A DNA stretch of 46,231 nt from Antechinus flavipes (Eukaryota). The notes beneath the pieces are model-generated. The model made no database searches and was not told where the DNA came from. It saw only the letters and a program-made list of their open reading frames with translations. The stretch is taken from positions 258,044,001 to 258,090,231 of the forward strand of contig NC_067403.1 of NCBI RefSeq assembly GCF_016432865.1, in the 5' to 3' direction. Made by a program: the position numbers and the translations under genes. Shown piece after piece: positions 37,071 to 46,231 of the stretch (the stretch's first letter is position 1; the number at the start of each line of letters is the position of its first letter).

Positions 37071-37156
37071 AGCAGCCAAGGAAGGCTCCAGGAATCTAAA
37101 GTCTCAGGCTCAGGACTTTCTCCTTTCTGGGTCTCAGTTTCCTAATCTATGCTCCT

Positions 37157-37338
37157 TTTTTTTTTTTTTTAAATTTAATTTTATTTAATATTTTGTATTG
37201 ACAGAATCCATGCCAGGATAATTTTTACACATCATTATCCCTTGCAGTCACTTATGTTTCGTTTTTTCCCCTCCCTCCCTCTCCCCCCCCCAAGATGGCA
37301 AGCAGTCCTATATATGTTAAATATGTTGCAGTATATCC
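37157..37338 (-). mobile_element. Very short young L1 3' end with 17-bp TSD
   Basis: TSD tcctaatctatgctcct at 37140-37156 and 37339-37355; poly-T tail. Confidence 0.93.
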
Positions 37339-37656
37339 TCCTAATCTATGCTCCTGACAAGCCACCCCAGGACATGTGATCTTCCTCAGAAATGGGGACC
37401 CCATCACCCCAAGAAGCAGGCCCCTTACTTTGGGGGAGCTCTAGCTATTAAGGATTCCCTGCCACCCCAGCCCTGCCAGCATTCAAGGTCAGTCAGCCTC
37501 TGCAGGGGCCTTCGGAGCCTTGAGGCCAGTCAGGGCGAGAGCAGCGGGGAGGGAGCCTCCCCAATTGGTCAACCAAGCCTGGATTCAGGGCCCAACCCCA
37601 GGCCTTCCAACCCGGGAGACTGGGGCTAGTGGTCTGCCTCGGGGCGGGGGGGGGCA

Positions 37657-38013
37657 TGGCTCTGGTGGTCTGCCTGGTCTGGGCCTCTGGCTCTGGAGGC
37701 TTGGATGGTCTGGGGCTCTGGCTCTGGTGGCCTGGCTGGTCTGGGCCTCTGGCTCTGGAGGCCTGGCTGGTCTGGGGCTCTGGCTCTGGTGGCCTGGCTG
37801 GTCTGGGGCTCTGGCTCTGGTGGTCTGCCTGGTCTGGGCCTCTGGCTCTGGTGGCCTGGCTGGTCTGGGCCTCTGGCTCTGGTGGCCTGGCTGGTCTGGG
37901 CCTCTGGCTCTGGAGGCCTGCCTGGTCTGGGCCTCTGGCTCTGGCGGCCTGGCTGGTCTGGGCCTCTGGCTCTGGAGGCCTGGCTGGTCTGGGGCTCTGG
38001 CTCTGGTGGTCTG
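37657..38013. repeat. 31-bp G/C/T minisatellite, about 11 copies
   Basis: Unit ggcctggctggtctgggcctctggctctgg(t/a). The 31-aa period of ORF 37585-38085 equals 3 units. Confidence 0.95.
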
Positions 38014-38599
38014 CTCTGGTGGGGGGTAGGCTTGCAACAGATAGAGCCCCTTAGACTGGAACTGTCCGGAGACGCCCCCTTTCACACCCTCCCCTGTCCC
38101 CAGCTGGTTCCTGTGGAACTGAGTACCCGCTCCAGCCTGTTGGTGCCCCCGACTGCTCCACTTCTCTCCCCCCCCCCCACCCCAGTGCAGCCTCCACCTC
38201 CTGCTGGGGTCTGATACCCTTGGTTCTAAGTCCTAACCCTCCCAGCCCTCACACTGTCTCCTCCCTTGTCCAGCGCTATGAGGGACTCCCTCTCCCGAGG
38301 CAGGTGGGCCCTTCTCAGGGCAGACTGAGAAATTACACCCTGAGCCTGGGGAGGTCCCTGAGGGGCTCTGCACCCCGTCTCTCCCGCTGCTCCCCCTCCT
38401 CCCTGCTCCTTAGGCAGGGAAACAGCGTCCTGCTTGTTGGCTTTGTGGCGGGGTCCACAGAGGGCCAGCCTTAGAATCAGGAAACCCGGGTTCAAATCCT
38501 GCCTCCCGTCCTCAGTAGCTCTAGGGCCCTCCGCAAGTACTTTAGCCTTGGTTTCAGACTCTGGAAAACGGGGAAGACCAGAGCACCTCCTCCCCAGGC

Positions 38600-39010
38600 C
38601 CCCCTCCCCCCAGAGAAGGGTCACCCCGCACGTGGCCCCGGGGATGGGGGCGCACAGAACCAACATCTCCGGGGATACGGAGGGCAGGACCCGCTCTCTG
38701 GGGCTAGATCCCGAGGCCGCCAGCTTGCTGAAGCTGCTCGGTCTGATGACCGGGGATACCGGGCCGGAAGCGGTCTCGGTGCCTTGGAGCTCGGCGTCTC
38801 GGAACCCGGCGTCTCACCCAGCGGCCCCGGGCAGTTCCGGGAATCCCCGGGTCGTGGACGCACACGCGAGGGGCCCGGAGGGCCGGGGGTCCCTTGTTTT
38901 GTCTGCCACGGCCCAGCGGGGGTGAGGAAAGGCTTCTGCGCTGTCAGCTCGCCCAGTCCCAGGCCACTTCCTCCAGCCCCATTGTTAAGGCGAAGCAGCA
39001 GCGGCCGAAC
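38600..39010. promoter_or_regulatory. Small CpG-rich cluster about 4.5 kb upstream of LRP5
   Basis: Locally dense CpG, with ccggaagc ETS site at about 38764; function not determinable. Confidence 0.4.
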
Positions 39011-41469
39011 AGAGAAGAAAGGAAAGAAAATCATAACATCGTCAAATGTTTAGACTGAAAGAAGCCATCTCCCCCCTCCCCCCCTCCTGAAAGAAGCCGT
39101 TTCTCCCCCCTCCCCCCTCCCCCCTCCCGGACTATTTACATTTCAAAGCTTCATCTCCTTAAGACCCGGCTTTGGGCCGCAGAGCCAGAAGCCCCAGATT
39201 CAACTAGTGCCCCAGGCGGGGCGGCGGGGAGCCGTGGGAGTGACAGCACGGCGGCAGCTCAGTTTCCTCTCCTGTAAAACAGAGAAAGCGATCTGAAGCC
39301 GATCCCTCCTGGCCTTGGGTAATGACCGAATGCCCATAGGTCACTTTCTCATCTGTAAAGTGGGTTTTTTTTTTTTTAAATAAACACCATCTATTATTAT
39401 TTATTTAAAATTTTCTACAGCTTTTCTTTGAGAAGTCATGTTCAAGCCCTGTTTCTGACCCAGGTGGCGGGGAAATGCTAAACCTCCCGATCCCGGAGCT
39501 GCTCCTTCTCTGGGATTGCAAATCACAGAAAAGGTGTCGAGCTGTAGAGGTAGAGGAAGCGTCCGGATCTGGGGGAGGGAGGAGGGGGGAGCTTTCTCTT
39601 TATCAATGAAGTCATCGGACTGGAGCCCTTGCCTTTCAAATCTGTCCTTCCCCCAGCTCCTCAAAGTCACTTCCATGAGCTGGAAACTCTACGTCTCCCC
39701 AAGGACCCCAGAGATACTGAACCTGGAAGATGCAGAAGAGAAGAAGGAAGGAAGGAGGGAGGGAGGGAGGGAAGGAGTTAAGGAAGAAAAGAAGGATGAG
39801 TGTGAGTTCAGTCCTGATTGGGCACTGCCGGGGCTTTTTGCCTTCATATTACAGCCCCTCCTCTCAGTCTTTACCACATAGCTTATCACGGGCAGCTCTG
39901 GGCAACTTAGCCCAAAGCAAAAATTCTGGGAAAAGAAACCGAGGCAGCCAGACTGTCTGTGCTCCAGCGCCCAAGTCCTTCGTCCCTGTTCTCGGCTAAG
40001 TCCTTCGTCCCTGTTCTCGGCTCTTTCTCCAAGACTTCAGCGATCTCACGGGTCGGGTTAGCCCCTGGATAGTTCCTAGAGCTCTTGTCTCTCCTGAGCC
40101 CCCTTCCCCTGTCAGCTGCCTCTTGGCCATTTCTCATTGGAGTTCTTGCAGGCAGACTTAATGCAACCTCAGCAGAATTCGGTACCTTTCCACCCCTCTT
40201 CCTCAGGTCCCAGTTTCTGCGGAAGGGCCCCTTCCGCACAGGGAAACTTTTGAGGCGCCCCCAGTACCTCCCTCTGGTTCCTCATTCTCGGGGCTCCTTC
40301 CACTTTGGGGATTCTGAGTTTCAAAGAGCATCCTCTTTTTTTGGGGGGGGCAACATTTTCATTCATCCTCTTGGGCATTTCTTTGATCCCGACGATCAGC
40401 CAGCGCTTAGGAAGCGTCTCCTGTGGCTCAGGCACCGGAGCGCCCACTTCTAGAGATACAAAGAGAGATAGGAGTTCAAAGAGCTGGCGTTCTCCTCATG
40501 CAGAAATGCCTATGAACACCATCAAAATGGATGCGGCAGAAAAGGAGAAAATTCCCCAGACTGGGTTAGCGGAGGGGATCGGGAAGCGCTTCCGGTAGCG
40601 GCAGCTCGGAGCCCCACCCGGGCATCCAGGGGAACCTGGGGGGTGCGCTGAGGGCAATGCCAGCCGGCCCAGGCGCTCGGGGGATGAGCGGCCCAGGTGA
40701 GGAGCGCGAAGAAAGCCAGTTTGACTGGAAGGGAGAGGCCCGGAAGGGGGAGGAGGGGCCGAGAGGGGGAGGGCTCAGCTTGCACAGCCCGACTCAAGTT
40801 CAGGGGAGGCCCCGGAGCCTCAGTGGGGCTCCCGCATCTCAAAGAGAGGCCTTGAATTCAAATCCAAGCTTCCAGTGCGGCCCCAAGCAAGAGCCCGAAC
40901 CCTGCCGAGCCCCGTGAAAGGAGGTGGGGCCCTAAGAGCAGTTGGAGTCGGGTGCTCCCGGCTGGCCCAATGTGGCTGTGAAAGTGTTTGCAATAATCCT
41001 TTAAAAGCCCCTGAGGCTGAGCTACAAACCAGGGAGGCAGTGCCAGCCCCGGCCCTGGCCCACCTCTCAAGCTCCTCCAGGGTAGGGCCTCTGACTCTTC
41101 CCTCTCCCCTCCCCCTCCTCCTCTTCCTCCTCCTTCTCCTTTTCTTCCTCTTCTTCTCCTTTCTCTTCTCCTCTTGCTCCTTCTCTCTCTTTGTATCCTT
41201 GCACTTTGCACATGGTAAACACTTCATAAATATTGGTTGACCAACTGCTGGATGGGTCCCTGATTAGCCAGACTGTGGGTCCCCTTGTTGACTTTGGATG
41301 GTTGGATGCTGAGCGGGCCATCCAGAGTTCAAGTTCACTGAGGCAGAGAGCCGGAGGCCCGAAGGCCTCGACAGCTTCTGGGAAGTCCCTCAGGAGGCCT
41401 TCGGGATTCAGCCAACTGAGGGAGGCCCCGGGACTCCTGTGGCTTCCGGTCAGGCACTCAAAAGTGGTC

Positions 41470-42065
41470 AAGCGAGAGATCACAAAAAAGGGGGAAAGGC
41501 CCCACCTGTGCAAGATGTGTGTAGGCTTTTATAGCGGCGAGGAACTGGAAAGTGAGTGGACGCCCGGTCAGCTGGGGATGGCTGGGTGAGATACGGTCTG
41601 GGCATCTTATGGAATATTATTGTTATAAGAAACAACCGGCAGGAGGATTCAGAGGGGCCTGGAGAGACCGACGGGAACTGGTGCTGAGGGAGGTGAGCAG
41701 GACCAGAGGACCATGGGACATGGCCACAGCGAGATTATACGATGATCAAGTCCGATGGAGGGGCTTCACCCTTGTAATGGGGAGAGCGAACTCAGTGTGG
41801 ATCACAACATGGACTCTTCACCTTTTTGTCGTTTGCTTGTTTTTTTTTCTTTCTCATTTTTTCCTCTTTTTGATCTGATTTTTTCTTGTGAGAAACATGG
41901 AAACTTATAGAAGAATTGCCCATGTTTAACCTATATTGGGACTGATTGCGGTCTAGGGCTCTGGGGGGAGAGGGACAAAAACTTGGAACACAAGGTTTTG
42001 TAAGGACGAATGTGGGAACTATCTTGGCTTGGATTTTGAAAATAAAAAACTGTTATCCAATAAAA
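41470..42065 (+). mobile_element. L1 3' end
   Basis: aaaggcccacctgtgcaagatgtgtgtag...atggaatattattgt...gaggtgagcaggaccag; ends aaaataaaaa. Confidence 0.85.
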
Positions 42066-42074
42066 CATTTAAAA

Positions 42075-42649
42075 GTGATTAAGCTCCTACTATGCGTCAG
42101 GCTTTGTGCTAAGTTCTAGGGAGGCAAAGAAAGTCTTTGTTCTCGTGGTATAATGAGGAGAGGACATTCCAACAAGGATGTTCAGATAAGCTCCATACAC
42201 AACTGTGAAAAACACAGGGAAAGGGCGGATATTAAGGAGACCTCTGGCAGATCTGAAGTGTCTTGAAGGAAGCCTGGAGATGGGACAGTGTTCCAGGCCC
42301 CGGGAGAGCCAGTGAAAATGCCTGGAATCTGGTCCGGGAGCCCCAGGGAGGAAGAGGGTGTGCCGGGAAGTACCTGGGGGAGGGGGAGGCTAGCAGGGGC
42401 TTTGCCTGCCAGAGGACTGGCTACTGGAGTTTGGAGCCATGAGGTGTGGGAATGAGGGTGATGAGGGGAGCTGATTGGGGCTGAGCTTGAGGAGGATCAC
42501 CCTGGCAGCCCAGTGCAGGATGGGTTGCATTTGGAGGCAGGCAGGTCCGGAGGCCAAAGGAACATAGAAGAGACTGCACCCCGGGGATGGCCCAGTCAGA
42601 GGAGAGAGGGAGGGGTGGACAGACACAGGAGACATTGGCAAAAGATTGG

Positions 42650-42724
<75 letters not shown>

Positions 42725-42915
42725 AAAGAACAGAGGGGGAGAGAGAGACAGAGGGAGAAAGAGACAGAGGGAGAGAGAGATAGAGACAGAGGGAGAGACA
42801 GACAGAGACAGAGGAGTTCAAGGTGATCTCTGAGTTTGGAGCCAGAGGGACAGAGATGGGCGGCGCCCTTGTCAGTAACTGGGAAGTCAAGAAGAAGGCC
42901 GGATTTGGGAGGAAG
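42075..42915 (-). mobile_element. Fragmented L2 immediately upstream of the LRP5 promoter
   Basis: Tail ttaagctcctactatgcgtcaggc, plus aggaggatcaccctggcagc and gagttcaaggtgatctctgagtttggagcc. Confidence 0.7.
42651..42720. repeat. Compound microsatellite (TG)21(AG)14
   Basis: Direct count. Confidence 0.98.
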
Positions 42916-43117
42916 TTCGGGGCAAGTTGGGCGTAAGCGGAGAGCAACAGGCGGGCAGCAGGGGAGCCCACCGGGGCCGCGGCCGGACGCGGGGTGACGG
43001 GCCCGGCAGGTGGCAGCTGGCGGGCGCGAGAGAGCACGCCGTATGGGGGTTGGCAGGCACGGAGGCGGGGCCGGCGCGGCAGCTGGGGGCGGGGAGCCGC
43101 CGGGGCTCCCGCCCCTC

Positions 43118-43171
43118 TCCTCCTCCTCCTCCTCCTCCTCCTCCTCCTCCTCCTCCTCCTCCTCCTCCTCC
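43118..43171. repeat. (TCC)18 trinucleotide repeat in the LRP5 promoter region
   Basis: Direct count, uninterrupted. Confidence 0.97.
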
Positions 43172-43439
43172 AGCTTCTCGGGAACGTCCTCCCACTGGGT
43201 TGGCGGAGGATCGGGGGAGGCCCGCCGGGAGGGGGCGAGGGGAGCTAGCAGGGGGAGCTAGCAGGGGGCGCGGGCCGCCAGGAGCGCACGCTGGGGGAGC
43301 CGAGCTGCGCTGGGGCTCGGGCAGCTGGGCGCACTGGTCGGAGCCGGAGCGAGCACCGGAGCGGGAGCGGGCGCCCGAGCAGGAGCCGGCCGGCCCGCCC
43401 GGGGGACGCGCGGACACCGGGGCCCCCGCGGCCCGCGCC

Positions 43440-43454
43440 ATGGAGCCCGAGTGA
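43440..43454 (+). promoter_or_regulatory. Upstream ORF ATG GAG CCC GAG TGA (MEPE*) in the LRP5 5' UTR
   Basis: gccATGG Kozak context; the stop lies 34 nt before the main ATG. Confidence 0.8.
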
Positions 43455-43488
43455 GGCGGCCGGGCCGGGCCGGGGCCGGGGCCGGACC

Positions 43489-43543
43489 ATGGAGGCTGTG
43501 CTGGCGCTGCTGGCCCTCTGCAGCCACTTGGCTCCAGCGAGAG
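43489..43543 (+). CDS. LRP5: LRP5 exon 1 coding part, signal peptide MEAVLALLALCSHLAPAR(G/A)
   Basis: accATGG start, hydrophobic core and phase-1 donor AG AG|gtgagt. Divergent from C11orf24 as in human. The 5' UTR matches the human LRP5 leader as I recall it. Later exons are outside the window. Confidence 0.9.
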
Positions 43544-45342
43544 GTGAGTGGGGCCCCGACGCTTTGTCTCCCGGGGGCCAACTTGGCCGGGCCTGGGCCG
43601 CCGGGACCGAGCGCAGGGCATCGCGATCGCCCGGGACCGGCGGCGAGCGGGGCGCGCAGCCCGGGCTGGGGGCGGCGGCGGCGGGCGCTGCGCCCCCCGG
43701 ACCCCCCCCAGAGGCTCACGTTAACTTTGGGGGGGGGGGGCTGCCGGCGCTGAGACAATAGAACTTTGCCGGGACCCGCTCGGGCCGGACTGCCGGCCTG
43801 CTGGCTGCCTGGCCGCCGGGAGAGGGAGCCGCTGCGGCTGGCAGCGCCGGGAGCCAATTTTGGGGCAGGAGCCGGGCCGAGCTCGAGCCCAGAAGTTGGC
43901 TCGTGGGCCTGGGACGCCCCGCGCCGCGGCCCGGAGCCCCGGGGGAGGGGCGGGGGAGGGAGATCCGAGGGAGGCGGCCGCGGGTGGCCCCCTCACGCAC
44001 CCTTGGCGCCGACCCCCGTCCCCAGCTTCCCCGCGCCTCCGCGGGTGCCCAAGTGGGGCTTTCCGGGCCCTTTGTCTGGAGGTCCCAGCCTCCTCCCACC
44101 CCGGCCCGGGGAGGCCGCCACGGGACCCTCTCCCTGCCTGCGGCCGGGCCGGAGGGAAGCGGGGCCCCCGGCGCGCGCGCGCGCCGTGCTCTCCTCTTGC
44201 TCGGGGAACTGCTCCGCCGGGGGAGGGAGGAGGCCCGGGTGCCGCGGGGTGTGGCCCAGGTGCTCGCCCTGCCTGGCGTAGGGAGGGGACGATAAAGCGG
44301 CAGGGAGGCCGGTCGGGCCGCCAGGTGCCCCTGGCCACCTGTGGAGGGCCGCCAGGTGCCCGGCCGCTGCCCCCCGCCTCGGCGCTCCCCTTTTCGGCCG
44401 GGGAGGGAGTGATCCGCAGGTGGAGGGAGCCCCACGCTGGCGCCCGGCCCAGCTCCGGCCTCCTGCTTTTCCTCGTGGCCCCGGGCTGCGGGGGGTGGGG
44501 GGGCGCCGGGCCCCCTCCTAAGCCTTCCCTCCCAAGCCTTCCCTCCCAGGCGCCGCCCCCCCTCCCCCAGGCATGGGGAGCCCGACTTGCACTGGAAGCT
44601 CTCGCCGGCCCCGCGGTGTAGACGCAGCCTTGGTGGGGGTGGGGGAGGGCAGTGCCGAAACGCTGCTCACCTGGCGGCCCGGGTTGGAGGCTGCCCCAAG
44701 AGAGGCCGGGTCTACACGTGCAGAGCGAGCTAGTGTGGCCCCGGAGGCCCGGGAAGTGGGGCCCCTAAGGTCCCGATAACTCCCCCATAACCGCCTCCAA
44801 TTATTCTTTGTTTACTGGCATAGACCTGGCTTCGGGGAAGTGTCCGGTGCGGGCTGGAGAAACAACTGGGCCCCTTGGCCTTGGCCGCAAACTTTGGGCC
44901 CTGCCCCCGGAGGGCTCAGGCCGAGCAAGGGGAGGCCTGGAGCCAGGTAGCGCTGGCTCCTGCTTCCGGGCGCCCCCTCTCTCCTTGGGCCCAGTGACCT
45001 TGGGCTGGGCACAAATCTGAGAGCTGCTGTGGCCCTGCCCTGGGACGGCCTCGAGCTGGGGGGGAGGGGGACCTTGGGAAGGGGGCTTTCGGACCCATTC
45101 TGAGTCTGCACTTAGTGTGGCGCTCTCTCCTGGCTGAGGCTCCGGGCCCTGGTCCCAAGAAGCGGGGCAACTCCTGAGATCAGGCTGCCCGGCCTCCCCC
45201 GGCTGATTCTCAGTGTAAGAGAGGAGGCTGCCGAGAGTGCCCCCCTTTCATCCTCCCCCCAGTCTTGCCCCTGTGCACACAGATTGGGTTTTAAAATTTT
45301 AACCTTATTTTTTGCCATGTTGACTTGATGCCAATTTACTCC

Positions 45343-45666
45343 TGCCAGTCATTCAGGAAGGGTTTGCTAAGCACCTACTGTGTGTCAGTCATTCAGGAAG
45401 GGTTTGCTAAGCACTTACTGTGTGCCAGGCATTCAGGAAGCGTTTACCAAGCACCTACTGGGTGCCAGGCATTCAGGAAGCATTTGCCAAGCACCTACTG
45501 TGTGCCAGTCATTCAGGAAGGGTTTGCTAAGCACCTACTGTGTGCCAGTCATTCAGGAAGGGTTTGCCAAGCACCTACTGGGTGCCAGGCATTCAGGAAG
45601 CGTTTGCCAAGCACCTACTGGGTGCCAGGCATTCAGGAAGCGTTTGCCAAGCACCTACTGTGTACC
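45343..45666. repeat. 40-bp minisatellite, 8 copies, derived from the antisense L2 3' tail
   Basis: Unit (t/g)cattcaggaag(g/c)gtttgc(t/c)aagcacctactg(t/g)gtgccag. Confidence 0.97.
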
Positions 45667-45700
45667 ATCTAGCAGGGATAACCTCTGTCACACATGTTGT

Positions 45701-45907
45701 TGTCTTTGTCCCGTTGAGATCCCATTTGGGGTTTTGTTGACAGGGATACTGGAGGGATTGGCCATTTCCTTCTCCAGCTCATTTTACAGATGGGGAAACT
45801 GAGGCAAACAGGGTGAAGTGACTTGCCTAGGGTCACAAAGCTAGTGAGTATCTGAGGCCATATTTGAAGTCAGGTCCTCCTGACTCCACTGTACCACCAG
45901 CTGCCTC
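45701..45907 (-). mobile_element. MAR1 SINE in LRP5 intron 1
   Basis: cccatttggggttttgttgacagggatactggag...ccatttccttctccagctcattttacagatggggaaactgaggcaaacaggg...ccaccagctgcctc. Confidence 0.92.
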
Positions 45908-46231
45908 CCTCACACTGACAGTAGGCACCGAGTCCGGGGTTTAAGCCCATGTCTCTAACTGCAGAGACGGCGTGCTTCCTCCTGCTAAGCACCTACTGTG
46001 CACCAGCTGGCAGCGATAACCACTGTCACACATGTTGTAGTTTCTGTTCTGTCTCTTGCTTTTATTACCTCCTTTCTGGCCCCCTCTAAAATGGGGATAA
46101 TTATAGCCATAGTCTGGGTATAACAGGCCAGCAGATAACAAGCATCCAATATTAAGTCCTCACTGTGCGCCGCGGGGGGGGGGGGTAGTGGGGGGTGGGA
46201 GGTGGGGTGGAGTGGGATACTTACATACATA

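Larger units (their letters stand above)
42900..44780 (+). promoter_or_regulatory. LRP5: LRP5 CpG island: promoter, 5' UTR and start of intron 1
   Basis: Very high CpG density and GC boxes surrounding the signal-peptide exon. Confidence 0.88.

Noticed and set aside
37520-38214. Repetitive Trp/Gly/Leu and Pro/Arg/Gln ORFs
   Set aside because: Translations of the 31-bp minisatellite; the unit is not a multiple of 3.
39820-40460. Possible LTR containing a 25-bp tandem duplication (aagtccttcgtccctgttctcggct x2) and a near-palindrome tgcggaaggg-c-cccttccgca (40218-40238)
   Set aside because: Ends, TSD and family could not be established; the hairpin is too short for a pre-miRNA.
42390-44621. Many overlapping ORFs, including poly-Pro/Leu/Ser/Gly and poly-HT
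   Set aside because: CpG-island and microsatellite artefacts; only 43489-43543 has exon signals.

Overview
Marsupial genomic DNA, most likely a dasyurid (WSINE1, MAR1, marsupial L1s and an OC1-type hAT MITE are present). It is syntenic with human 11q13.2. The window holds the complete coding region of C11orf24 on the minus strand: three coding exons at 16414-16255, 14081-13965 and 13517-12493, giving 433 aa, with a CpG-island/ETS promoter near 22.5-23.5 kb. Divergently, it holds the CpG-island promoter and signal-peptide exon of LRP5 (ATG 43489). The rest is mostly TE debris (L1, L2, L3/CR1, MIR, MAR1, LTRs) and several minisatellites. Most long ORFs in the track are GC-rich or repeat artefacts. 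Best leads: (1) a 4-codon strong-Kozak uORF followed by an RNA G-quadruplex motif just before the LRP5 start; (2) a symmetric Cys-rich C11orf24 exon that the human protein lacks; (3) a TSD-bounded L1 3' transduction; (4) extreme, localised AT-to-GC rewriting of TE fossils, consistent with GC-biased gene conversion; (5) an AABBAABB minisatellite built from the L2 tail; (6) a solo LTR with a 99-bp U3 amplification. No prokaryote-style system or clearly new protein-coding gene was found. Family names, orthologue comparisons and consensus sequences come from memory, not from searches. TE boundaries are approximate unless a TSD or TIR is quoted.
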